Below the pieces are notes generated by a model. The model saw only the letters and a list, made by a program, of their open reading frames with translations, was not told the origin of the DNA and ran no database searches. A stretch of 63,118 nucleotides of DNA, counting the filler, from Octopus bimaculoides (lineage: Eukaryota): the NCBI RefSeq assembly GCF_001194135.2. It is 8 parts of 7 records of this genome, joined end to end, with 100 filler letters (N's around TTAATTAATTAA, not from the genome) between each part and the next. Parts side by side here need not be neighbours in the genome. Positions count along the whole stretch, not along the records: positions 31,769 to 43,257 come from NC_068981.1; positions 43,358 to 49,372 come from NC_068983.1; positions 49,473 to 60,421 come from NC_068998.1; 5 more parts are not named here. One strand, given 5' to 3'. Below, piece after piece: positions 37,611-49,899 of this stretch; the first letter of the stretch is position 1, and every line of letters starts with the position of its first letter. The position numbers were made by a program, and so were the translations under genes.

Positions 37611-38788
37611 CACCATACATCCCCAGATGCAGTACTTGAACACTTACGTATATTTATATGTTTAAAACAATTTAAAACAATTTCTAGCAATCATTTACCC
37701 CCCCCCCCCCCACACACACACACACAAAAAGCGAAAAAGAGAATTTTAATTCATTTTGTTTTATTATTCTTCACATCATGGCAATGATGAATGAAAGTTA
37801 TTGAGGCCAGAGTGTATACTAAACACTTCCTAAGAGACAGATCAAATATTTACACAACAGCTGGGACTGTGTTTGTCTTCATCAATATCTTGTCTGCTCT
37901 CCATTGAAACTGAGAATCTTATAATATTTGCAACAATGATTCAACCTCTTATGTTATTTCTTGATTTCCATCATCATGTCACCTCTCTGTTGTAAGTTAC
38001 AACGAGGAAACCTGAATGTGGCTTCTCATTCTGCCAGTAATAACAGCTAAATTTCCTCTCTAAATTACACACCTGGCTATTCTGGAAAAGGAAGGACATG
38101 ATGAAAAAATATAGTCTTTGGTTAAAAAAATATAAAGAATTCTGTCTGCAAAGAAGACAAGATAGACATATGCTCTTTCAGGTGTCACTCAGGACAAAAC
38201 AACTGAATACTTATTCACAGAGAATCAATTTGGAATAAATAAAAGATCTTTGGGTAAAACCTTTGATGACTACTTTTAAGAAGAAATCTATACTTCTTGA
38301 GGCTCAAGTTCCTGTTGTCTGAGATTCAAGCAGAGAATGGTAAAGTGGAAAACAATTGTACTCAAGTTGTGAGAAGAAATAAACACAATAACAAGAAGCT
38401 GAGAATCAATGAAAATGCTTCCTGTTCTATACGGTTAGAAACAGTCTTTATTCAGATATTCTGGTGCAGGTGTGGCTGTGTGGTTAAGAAATTCATTTTG
38501 TAACTCTATGTCCTGGGTTCAATCCAGCCGACTGGACATCGATGACCAATAAATTGTGATTAAAATTGAGTTGGTGGTTAGGGTGCAAAAATCTATCTTA
38601 TGTATTTACAGGCACTGGAGTGGCTGTGTGGTAAGTAGCTTGCTTACCAACCACATGGTTCCGGGTTCATTCCCACTGTGTGGCACCTTGGGCAAGTGTC
38701 TTCTACTATAGCCTCGGGCCGATCAAAGCCGTGTGAGTGGATTTGGTAGAAGGAAACTGAAAGAAGCCCATCGTATATATATATATAT

Positions 38789-39238
38789 ATTAGAAATAAC
38801 GAATTTCTAAATCTCTCAGTGAGACTTAAGCAGTAGTGATGCGATAAAGTAGTTGTATACTGCCAACTTAACGTGACAGTCCCAATAAGGGAATATTATA
38901 CTGCTGTTTAGCCCTAGGAAGCCAGACCGCTTCCTATTAGGCCTAGACACACTTTCTGTGCCCTTATCCTTACGAAGGGGAGACAAACTCCTCCAGCCAG
39001 CCCAGCCTGCATTCAGGGACATGTTTCTGAGTCTTTCCTCGTCATCAGCCTGAAGTAGCATGATCGGCTAGCTGAAGAAATCTGTCTAAGCTTCGTAAGG
39101 ATATACTATTTCAGTGAAATACTATTCACTGGCAACAGAAATTAGAAATAACGAATTTCTAAATCTCTCAGTGAGACTTAAGCAGTAGTGATGCGATAAA
39201 GTCTCACTGAGAGATTTAGAAATTCGTTATTTCTAATT
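38789..39238 (-). mobile_element. Hammerhead-bearing 352 bp unit (family H3) with identical 62 bp direct repeats and a 40 bp 5' inversion
   Basis: 38789-38850 = 39141-39202; 39140-39179 is the exact revcomp of 39199-39238. Confidence 0.85.
39008..39060 (-). ncRNA. Minimal type-I hammerhead ribozyme with canonical core
   Basis: UUCAGG-CUGAUGA-C-GAG(GAAAGA)CUC-A-GAAA-CAU-GUC-CCUGAA: 6 bp helix I plus possible UGC/GCA extension, palindromic ACAUGU helix III, cleavage predicted between 39018 and 39017. C-A mismatch at the base of helix II. Confidence 0.8.
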
Positions 39239-39899
39239 NNNNNNNNNNNNNNNNNNNNNNNNNNNNNNNNNNNNNNNNNNNNNNNNNNNNNNNNNNNNNN
39301 NNNNNNNNNNNNNNNNNNNNNNNNNNNNNNNNNNNNNNNNNNNNNNNNNNNNNNNNNNNNNNNNNNNNNNNNNNNNNNNNNNNNNNNNNNNNNNNNNNNN
39401 NNNNNNNNNNNNNNNNNNNNNNNNNNNNNNNNNNNNNNNNNNNNNNNNNNNNNNNNNNNNNNNNNNNNNNNNNNNNNNNNNNNNNNNNNNNNNNNNNNNN
39501 NNNNNNNNNNNNNNNNNNNNNNNNNNNNNNNNNNNNNNNNNNNNNNNNNNNNNNNNNNNNNNNNNNNNNNNNNNNNNNNNNNNNNNNNNNNNNNNNNNNN
39601 NNNNNNNNNNNNNNNNNNNNNNGTGTGTGTGTGTGTGTGTGTGTGCGCGTGTGTGTTGTGTGTCTGTGTTTGTCCCCCCAACATCACTTGACAACCGATA
39701 GTGGTGTGTTTACATCCCCGTAACTTAGCAGTTCGGCAAAAGAGGCCGATCGAATAAGTACTAGGCTTACAAAGAATAAGTCCTGGGGTCGATTTGCTCG
39801 ACTAAAGGCGGTGCTCCAGCATGGCCGCAGTCAAATGACTGAAACAAGTAAAAGAGTAAAGAGTATACATACATACATGTTAAAAAGTACTGTTGCAGT

Positions 39900-40107
39900 A
39901 CCATGTAAAAAGCACTGGTGCTGGTGCCACATTGAAATCACCCAGTACACTCTGTCAAGTGGTTGCCATTAGGAAGGGCATCCAGTCATAGAAGACATGC
40001 CGAAACAGGCAATCGAGCCTGGTGCAGTTCTTGGCTTTGCCAGTTCCTGTCAAAGTATCCAAACGAGGCCATCATGGAAAACAGACATTTAATAATGATT
40101 ATGATGA
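39900..40107 (+). mobile_element. Retroposon 3' end (GGAAGGGCATCCAG motif, (GAT)n tail); a more decayed relative may lie at 41290-41555
   Basis: Motif and tail typical of RTE-mobilised elements. Confidence 0.6.
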
Positions 40108-40739
40108 TGATGATATATATGGATAGGTGTAGGGTTTGAAGAAGGTAAATCGGTACTACATATGTTTCCAAGAAAAGCTGAAGATATTATTTGGCTTTAG
40201 GATGAAACATATGCATTCAGCTTCACTTTTCTTGAGATACCTTTACCTGCATTTTACAAGTACCATATACAAGTTGTTGCAACAAAGAACTTGTAAACTG
40301 CAAGTAAAGATATCTGAAAAAAAGTCAAGCTGAATATATGTTACACTTTAAAGTTACATAACACATGTTTAGATTTATTTTCAAACATGTGTAGTATGAA
40401 CTTACCTTTGTAATTCGCTATACCTATCAAATTATAATCTCATAATTAGCGATTTCCTTTGCTAAACACTTGAGTTGTATATTTGCAGTTATCTTATCAA
40501 AACCTCAATCAAGTTTGATCTGGGGTAAATTGTATAACATACATTGTTGATTGAGTATGTTTTATGTCATCTATACAAAGTATGTCTATGCTTGATGCTC
40601 TCTAACTGCTTGTATCAAGATCTTTTTGGTTCCAAGCTCTTTTCTCATAGATCACCATCCGGGTTTTTAATGTGTGTGTTTACATGTGTGCATATATGTT
40701 TCCATGTTGGCTACATGCCAATGACTGTTCTGTGTTTCT

Positions 40740-40968
40740 TATTTCTTTAATGCCCACAAGGGGCTAAACACAGGGGACAAACAAAGACAGACAGAGGGAT
40801 TAAGTCGATTATATCGACCCCAGTGCGTGACTGGTACTTAATTTATCGACCCCGAAAGGATGAAAGGCAATGTCGACCTCGGCGGAATTTGAACTCAGAA
40901 CGTAACGGCAGACGAAATACTGCTAAGCATTCCGCCCGGCCTGCTAACGTTTCTGCCATCTCACCGCC
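40740..40968 (-). mobile_element. SINE A variant (A2) with alternative 3' tail and 17 bp TSD
   Basis: TSD GACTGTTCTGTGTTTCT at 40723-40739 and 40969-40985. Confidence 0.93.
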
Positions 40969-41685
40969 GACTGTTCTGTGTTTCTGTGTAGGCGAAGAGT
41001 GTAAACATTAGTGAGAAACAAATTGGTGTTCTTATAATGATATCCTTTGTAATATTTGTTCCTCCATGAACTGCAGACACTCTGTTGTCCCCCACCGCCC
41101 ACAAACAGAAATGCTTTCTGTATTCCTTTGTTTCAATGGTATTTACTCTGATACTCTCTCTGCTACCATTCTGTCACAGGAGAATGTCTGTCCCTTTCAT
41201 CAAGCTTTAACCTCTCATTCATCACACCAATTAAATCGTTCACTCTTTCCTTGGTATTCCCTGCAATCACGTGAGTTCATTAGTCTTACATGAGTCAAAG
41301 TAGCCTCACCAGTGCTGACACCACAGACAACAACACACACGACACTTTGTGAAGTTGTTGGAGTTGGAGCTATGAAGAGCAATGGATACCTGGTCTACAC
41401 GTTCACCAATCAAAACATGCCAAACGTGAAACATGAAACCATGATGTTTTCCTCACCCCACCCCACGCCCAACTCATCAGAACTAATGGAACCATCCATC
41501 CAATGTTATCTTGGAAAGGAAGGTTATGTAAAATAATGATGATGATGATGATGACACACACACACACGTACACACACATCCAAGAGTTCTGGGAAATATA
41601 ATGATTCATGAGTTTAAATAAATGCATTTATCCAAGAAATTTAGTGAATAATTTTATCTTAGAGTTCAAACATAAATGCATGCAT

Positions 41686-41820
<135 letters not shown>

Positions 41821-42109
41821 TTGCAATAATACCTACAGAAAGTTTTCACCAAGAAAATAACAGCAAAATATCCAAATTACTGGGAATGATTCCAGTCCCT
41901 AAAGATATTCCATAAAATCGTGACATTCTCTTCTATAAATGATAAATTAAATAAGAGAAATATTCAAACAATTACCAATCCAATCGAAAACTAACAATCA
42001 CCTTTTGATGATACATTGCAGTTCTTATGCCTTAAGACTTTACCATTCTTTAAAATTTTAAAACAATCAGAAAGACAACAACAGTATCGATAAATTAACT
42101 ATGGATATA

Positions 42110-42362
42110 CAGGGTGTGACAGAAAGATTGCCCTGATTTCAAAGGTTAATAAAAAACAAACACATGAATATACAAGAAAAAATTTGTATTTCTAACAAAT
42201 GCACAATTTTCTCCACTCTCGGCTGCGATAAGTATTATCTGAAACAGGAAAACAAAATGGCATTTTATGAGCTTCATAGAAATATATAGTTTGTTCATAA
42301 ATCTATATGTATTTGTTTTTTATTAACCATTACAATCAAGTAGACCTTTCTGCCGCACCCTG
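42110..42362. mobile_element. Tc1/mariner-type MITE with TA TSD
   Basis: TA|CAGGGTGTGACAGAAAG and CTTTCTGCCGCACCCTG|TA; imperfect TIRs extend ~55 bp (GGTTAATAAAAAACAAA). Confidence 0.9.
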
Positions 42363-42494
42363 TATTTCTGATTGGAACTCCAAACCCGGTATTTTTAGTG
42401 AGACATCATCTTCTGATGGGGTTGTACAAAGGTTTCCAATGGCTTCTTAATATGCTTACAAAAGCATTGAAATATCAGAAATTCAGGAGAAGCA

Positions 42495-42655
42495 AGGCTA
42501 TATAGTTAAGTAGTCCACTGTACATTCACATGGCTTCAGGTTCGGTCTTAGTGCAGAGTATCTTGAACAAGCATCTCCTTCTACAGACCTGAATAAACTG
42601 AACAGAGCCTTGAGAGTGGAATTTGGAAGATGGAAACTGGTCGAAGCCCTGTATG

Positions 42656-42711
<56 letters not shown>

Positions 42712-43357
42712 TACAAATATATGAATATATCTATACATATGTGTACATACCTACATCTATATGTATACATACATACATATATGGGTACAGGACATAAAAA
42801 AAACGTTAAACACAATGCGAAACGAAAACATAAAGACGAAAACAGAAAACGAACTTTTTTCGAACAACGAAAGAAACAGAGAAACGAGACATGCAACATA
42901 AAGAGTATATCCCTTCGTCAGTTGTCCCTGTTCCATCTACTGCGCGTTTAGAAGGCAAGGACAATACGCGACTTCGTTGTAACAGTCCTTCCCGCAAAGC
43001 AAATTAAATAAAATTTGGAATTTTTTTGCGGCGAGTGAAAGTGTTAACAAGAACAGGACAGTAAGAACAAAACAGTAAAAACAAACGGTGAGGGCTGTTA
43101 AGCCAAGACGATAGAAACATTATTATGAACGCTAAATAGACGTGCATGAGAGAAGAGACAGAAAAAACACGTCTTTTCTGTAGGAAGGCAGTATGCATAT
43201 ATCCATATATATATGTACATACCTATATCTATATGTATACATACATGCATATATATANNNNNNNNNNNNNNNNNNNNNNNNNNNNNNNNNNNNNNNNNNN
43301 NTTAATTAATTAANNNNNNNNNNNNNNNNNNNNNNNNNNNNNNNNNNNNNNNNNNNN

Positions 43358-43399
<42 letters not shown>

Positions 43400-43635
43400 T
43401 ACGTATGTATGAATGGGTGAGTACGTGCGTGTCTTTGTTTCTGTGTTTGTCCCACTACCACCGTTTGACAACCGATGTTAGTGTGTTTATGTCTCTGTAA
43501 CCTAGCGGTTCGAAAAAAGACATCGACAGAATAAGTACCTGGCTTAAAAGAGTACTTAAGTCAATTCATTCAATTAAAAGCTCTTCAAGATGGTGCCCCA
43601 GCATGGTCGCAATCAAATGAAAGAAACAATTAAAA
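42495..43635 (+). mobile_element. Old SINE B split by an insertion (head 42495-42655, tail ~43440-43635)
   Basis: Degenerate head and tail motifs in the same orientation flanking microsatellite, insert and gap. Confidence 0.65.
42742..43257 (-). mobile_element. ~472 bp non-coding unit flanked by ~40 bp direct repeats
   Basis: TGTACATACCTA(C/T)ATCTATATGTATACATACAT at 42742 and 43214; contains CTGACGA on minus. Confidence 0.55.
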
Positions 43636-43778
43636 AAAGCAAATAGTGTCACAAAATCACATCTGATTTCTTGTTTCTGTTTGTCTTAATTGCAATTGGC
43701 TTTAAGCTTTCTCCGTCAGCAAAGGAGTTAAGAAGCGGATGGGGTCGTCCTCTGATGCGCCGTAAAACATATCTCAAC

Positions 43779-44229
43779 AATACAGTTCTATATTTAAGAG
43801 ATGAGGAATTCTGTACATTATTTACATTCGACGGATATTTGTCCTGATCTTGTTTGTTGTTAACACTCCAACGGTTGTAATGGATCCTCTTACGGACGAG
43901 GGCATGTTCTGCCCTTTCCGCTATTCTTCTAGCTTTATATGAATCCACTGGTGTTATTATATTCAAACCAGGTGGTATTAGCTTTGAGTCTCTACATCTA
44001 CACAGGAAAGTTAGATGATTTGAAAGACGAGCTAGTTTTTTATGTAGTTTCTCTATATGTCTCCATTGAAGTCTAATGTCGGATCCGTACCGATTAGATA
44101 ATACAGTTCTATATTTAAGAGATGAGGAATTATGTACATCATTTACATTTGACGGATATTTGTCCACATCTTGTTTGTTGTTAACACAAACAAGATGAGG
44201 ACAAATATCCGTCGAATGTAAATAATGTA
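43779..44229 (-). mobile_element. Miniature Penelope-like element: repeat + ORF N-terminus + repeat + 5' inversion
   Basis: 88 bp repeats at 43779-43866 and 44100-44187; between them YGSDIRLQWRHIEKLHKKLARLSNHLTFLCRCRDSKLIPPGL..KARRIAERAEHALVRKRI, resembling PLE ORF starts; palindrome 44135-44229. Confidence 0.8.
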
Positions 44230-44427
44230 AACAAACCTCAACAATGTCCTTTTGTATTCTTTGTCCAGAGAGAATAACAAGGTCTATTTACATATGTTTA
44301 ACATTCCACAGCGCGCCACATTACATTTATAAAGACACGAATTTCATCCCCCTTGGGATTTGAACTCACAAACGTGAGACACTGAAATAATTAGTCTTAT
44401 TTATTTATTTATTTATTTATTATCATT

Positions 44428-44644
44428 TTTTTACTTTTACTTGTTTCAGTTATTGGACTGCGGCCATGCTGGGGCATCGCCTTGAAGAATTTTAGTTGAA
44501 GAAATCAACCCCAGTACGTCTTTAAGTCTAATATTTCTTCTATCGGTTGTTCTTTGCCGAACAACGAAGATACGGAGACATAAACAAACCAACACCCGTT
44601 GTCAAGTGGTTTGTGTGAGGGCACAAAAACAAGCACACGTTCGC

Positions 44645-44696
<52 letters not shown>

Positions 44697-44870
44697 AAAC
44701 ATATTTGACGGGCTTCCACGCAGTTTCCTTCCATCATATTCATTCACAAGACATTGATGACCCAGCGCAGTAGTAGAATTTATTTGCCCAAGGTGCCGCG
44801 CAGTGTGACTGAACCAGAAACCACGTGACTGCAAAGTGGGTTTCTCGACCACGTGACCTTGCCTGCGTCT
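44428..44870 (-). mobile_element. SINE B, full length, diverged
   Basis: Tail, microsatellite and head motifs. Confidence 0.85.
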
Positions 44871-45754
44871 ATATTTTTTCTTCTTAGAAAAATATGTCTA
44901 GTATTATCCAAAGATAACCAGGAGGTTGTGATGTTCATTACTTCCTACCAAAACCATTAGTGACATAAATTTGTTGCTGATTAAAGTTCAAAATAAGCTG
45001 TTTTAAGGAGTTGAACGGATTGCATGAACCCAGTATTTGACTGGTACATTATTTTATCGATTGATGAATGTCAAAGTTGGTCTTTCATCAATCGTAGAAC
45101 TGCAGTAAATATCACATGGCATTTTGTTCGACGCACTAATGCTTCTACCAAGCCACCATTGTTTTAGTGATGTTAAATTGACACTGATTTTCAATTTCGC
45201 CTCTCCTGTAAGTGACCCCCACCTCTTACTTTATAGTACCTCATCGTTACAAAAATAATTCTTTCAGTTCGTATAAATCACTCCCCGTTTTATCTGCACC
45301 TCGCCCTGTCTCGTAGCAAGATAAAACATCCAAGAACGGCCTTCTGCATAAACAATGCACGCAGGCTTGGAGTCAAAACGAGAAAATATAGAGTGAAACA
45401 GCAGAGACGTGCTAAAGCATAAGATATTCTCATCTGACAACACACGACCCTTCTTAAGTATTTCTTAAAATATATTTACAGCGAAAAGTTGTTACTAATT
45501 CTATGTATGAAAGGGGTTGCGTTCGGGGGNNNNNNNNNNNNNNNNNNNNNNNNNNNNNGGGGGGGGGGGGTTCTAGATTTTTGTCCAAACCCGTATTTGT
45601 TTCAGTAAGTTTCATTTCAAAATATATTTGGTTGTTAATTAAATTGAAAGACTTCTTCATTTAATTATTGTTGTTTCAGTTTGGTTCTTTCTTTTCTTTA
45701 ATATTCTATCTTTTTTTCTTTTTATCTTTCCTTATTTTAACTTTTGATTGATTA

Positions 45755-46290
45755 ATTAGCTAAATTTCCGGTTACCAGGCATTATGGCCGACCAAAGCAA
45801 ACGAACCACCCCTAAAAGTACGGCGTGTTCCGTCGTCAAAACTACCATTCGGATAAAAGACTGTCCTGGAATAGATATGGATAATCTTTCTGTTACTGAA
45901 TACATATACAAACGCAAGGAATACTGATGGAACAAGCCTAAACCTGATAGACCAGATATTGTTATTTGGGACAGACAAGAAAAAGTCTGTATCGTCATGG
46001 AGGTCAGCTGTCCTGCTGATGCGAATATCAGTTTGAAATTCGAAGAGAAAGAAGATAACTACGGACAACTGTTTCGAAACCTCCAGCTTCTATATCCAGG
46101 TTATTAATTCACATTTAGACCAATAATGATTGGTGCACTTGGTTTTGGGAGTAATTGTTTTAGTGACAATCTGGATAAGCTTGAGTTTTCAGGAAAAGAA
46201 ATCAATCAGCTAACTTGCACATTACGAATATAATCTGTTCGCGGAACAATAAAAATACACAAGACATTTCCTAATTTTAGAATGTGGTAT
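45755..46290 (+). mobile_element. RLE endonuclease end of an R4/Dong-like LINE
   Basis: RPDIVIWDRQEKVCIVMEVSCPAD..K..NYGQL..PIMIGALG, with in-frame stops. Confidence 0.88.
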
Positions 46291-46417
46291 TGTTTTTGTT
46301 ATCTACATTGCAACGATGGAATTTTGTATCTTTGTTAGAAACCATCTTCTTCTCCAGGGGAAGAATTTGAATAATCAAAAACAGAAAACATGCGTGTGTG
46401 CGTACGTGCGTGCGTGC

Positions 46418-46512
<95 letters not shown>

Positions 46513-47129
46513 GAATAAAATGCAGAAAAGCCTAAATTTTACAGATAGGCACATCATATAATAATTTGCAAGTTTCATTTTTGAATTTCTGGATTAACGT
46601 TTCCTTGTAAGCTTCCTCATTAAACAACCTCCTAATTACCATGGACACATATATATATATATATTGATATTTTATTTCCATCTTTTTATTAATGTATTTG
46701 TTCCTTACGCTGAGTTCTTGAAATATACACTACTTGGAAATGGAGAAGAATTTTGCGAGAATTTTCTTCACAAATGTACCTATCTTCACATTGAAGTAGT
46801 GTGGTTGCTACACTACTTAGCAGCATAACCAGTCATGATAAAAACAGGAAAAAAAAGTAGAAAAAAGCTATGATAAACACAGGAGGCAATTTCTATCCTA
46901 TTCGCCCGACGTACGCTTCATCCTTGTGATTGTTTGCTTCTTTTGCAATGAGGTTTCCATTTATCAATTGGGTTCTAAACCACTACAGCTCATCAAGGGA
47001 ACACTTTATTGCATTATGTGAGACGGATCGAATGCAGAAAATACAAGGAACCGCAACGGTGAAACATACGGAGGGAACAAATTATAAAAACCGTGTCTTG
47101 TGTTTACCGTACTTTTTCATACATATACT

Positions 47130-47160
<31 letters not shown>

Positions 47161-47597
47161 TGTACATATTTAACTAAGTTGACTATCGCAGTTAATAGTC
47201 GCTTGACATTGTTTAAAGACGGCAGATTGGTGCGTGTGTGTATATGTACGCGTGTGATGGAGGGAAGGCGGAAAGGGGAGCTCGCGTGGCACAAGTCTCT
47301 ACACGTGTGTGCAATCTCAAAGTTTTGTTTGAAATTAGCCTAAAGTTCTTCCCAGGCGAGGCAAGATGGCAACTAGACGACAGAAGTGAAATTAAGACCG
47401 CTTGGCGTGTCTCTGTATATGCATATGTGGGTGTGTGTGTATTTATCTATGTGTGTGTGTGTGTGTTTGTGAGTGTACGTATATATATATAAATATATAT
47501 ATATATATACTTCTCTATGTAAGCATGTATGTATATACTTGTGTGTGTGTTTAATTGTGTCTATATATATGGTCTGTGCATGATCGTCATCTTGTTT

Positions 47598-47673
<76 letters not shown>

Positions 47674-47945
47674 CGGTGGTAGGCTGAGTGGTGTTTGTTG
47701 TAATAATGGTGGGCGGGGTATTTCAAAATGAAAATAAAAAGAAAATCTCATTTCTCGCTTTTATTTGTCTTTTGTAAAATCCGTCTAAAATCATTGTTGT
47801 TGTTGTTGTTGTTGTTATAGCAGTAGTAAATGTTCTTATTATTATTATTATCATTAATACTATTATTATTATCTTCAGTGATGTTTGCTGTTGTTATTAT
47901 TTCTCCATCTTAATGGATTAGTCGTTTAATAAACACACACATACA

Positions 47946-48008
<63 letters not shown>

Positions 48009-48952
48009 GGTTTTTTTTTTAATCTTATCTNNNNNNNNNNNNNNNNNNNNNNNNNNNNNNNNNNNNNNNNNNNNNNNNNNNNNNNNNNNNNNNNNNNNNN
48101 NNNNNNNNNNNNNNNNNNNNNNNNNNNNNNNNNNNNNNNNNNNNNNNNNNNNNNNNNNNNNNNNNNNNNNNNNNNNNNNNNNNNNNNNNNNNNNNNNNNN
48201 NNNNNNNNNNNNNNNNNNNNNNNNNNNNNNNNNNNNNNNNNNNNNNNNNNNNNNNNNNNNNNNNNNNNNNGTCGTCGTCGTCGTCGTCAGCAGCAGCAGC
48301 AGCGGTCGCTCCTGCCAAGCGGTCGCGTGTTCGCTTTGGACTGCGGCACGTGCCTCCGTATATTGGGCTGTTTAACAGCATCTATGTCTGCTACGAAACT
48401 ATTCATGACGACTCAGGCAAACATCAACTAATATAATCGAAGATCTATCAATTAGGAGAAAGGGAAAGAAACGAAGATGTATTAATGTTTTGTTTTGTTT
48501 TTTCTTTATGCTTTATTTCTTTAATTATTTCTCGGGCCCCGAATACTTAATTCATAGGTAAAGAAAAGAAAAAGGAAAAAAGAAAGAAAAACAGAAGCAA
48601 AGGGTCCCGCGTTTTTGAACGCGACGACAACTCCGTTTTTCGTTGCCTCCCTCTGTCGGCTGCCAGGCACGCGTACCAGCATCTGGCAACAGAACTGTTG
48701 TCCCACACACACATACACAGTGAGCACTGAACGCTGAATATTGTCGAATACAAAACAAACCTGGTCGGTCTCGCATCGTATGCGATCATACATGCAACGT
48801 GGCTCTTGAAAAAGTTTGCGCATGGATTTCCAAATCACACACACACACACACACACACGGTCGTCTGTTTCTCTCTTGTTACAATTAAATGTTTGAAACT
48901 TACCAGTCAGCCATATACGTCTCATTTTCTTTCTTTTCAATTTCGTTTCATA

Positions 48953-49340
48953 GTCGCAGCCATGGCTGTGTGGTAAGACGTTTCCATTTTTTTTTTTTCA
49001 ACCACATGCTTCCAGGTTCAGTCCCACTGCATGGCACCTTGAGCAAGTGTCTTCTACTATAGATTCGGGCCGACAAACGCCTTGTGAGTGGATTTGACAA
49101 ACGAAAACTGAAAGAAGCTTGTCCTATGTGTATATATGTATATTTTTTCTTTTACTTGTTTCAGTCATTTTGACTGAGGCCATGCTAGAGCACCACCTTT
49201 TGTCGAAAAAATCGACCGCAATACTTATTTTTTGTAAGACTAGTACTTTATCGGTCTTTTTTGCCGAGCCGCTAAGTTACGGGGACTTAAACACACCGAC
49301 ATCGCTTGTCAAGCGACGGTGGGGAGACAAACACAGACAC

Positions 49341-49346
<6 letters not shown>
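48953..49346. mobile_element. SINE B head (+, 48953-49128) abutting SINE B tail (-, 49148-49346)
   Basis: Family B motifs in opposite orientations. Confidence 0.85.
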
Positions 49347-49372
<26 letters not shown>

Positions 49373-49472
49373 NNNNNNNNNNNNNNNNNNNNNNNNNNNN
49401 NNNNNNNNNNNNNNNNTTAATTAATTAANNNNNNNNNNNNNNNNNNNNNNNNNNNNNNNNNNNNNNNNNNNN

Positions 49473-49568
49473 GTCAAAGACTTTCCGTATTCCCGAGCGT
49501 CATACTAATATATACTTTTGTTATTTACACCACCTGTCCTCGTCTGTTGTTATTTTTTGTATATTCTC

Positions 49569-49571
<3 letters not shown>
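49473..49571 (+). mobile_element. Second copy of family H1, starting at the GTC cleavage triplet at a gap edge
   Basis: GTCAAAGACTTTCCGTATTCCCGAGCGTCATACTAAT..ACACCACCTGTCCTCGTC matches the revcomp of 17572-17674. Confidence 0.85.
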
Positions 49572-49605
<34 letters not shown>

Positions 49606-49671
49606 CATATATTTATAAATGTTTATATATGTGTGTGTATAAATGTAGTAATGTCTGTATGTGTGTGTATA

Positions 49672-49726
<55 letters not shown>

Positions 49727-49899
49727 TTGCGCTTACGTATGAATGAGAAAGCGATACTTCTTTGCGCATTCTTCATTGTTAATGGAAATAACTCGATAGT
49801 ATCGGATTTGTACACCGCTGAAATACAGACTCTATAAAACGGAATTTGTTATTAAGGCCTTAAAAATTCAGTTCCGCATAATGACGTTTGACTGAAAAA

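Larger units (their letters stand above)
38610..39865 (+). mobile_element. SINE B split by an insertion (head 38610-38788, tail 39623-39865)
   Basis: Head ends in (TA)n; tail resumes with (GT)n after the gap and ends GAAACAAGTAAAAGAGTAAAGAGTA. Confidence 0.85.
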
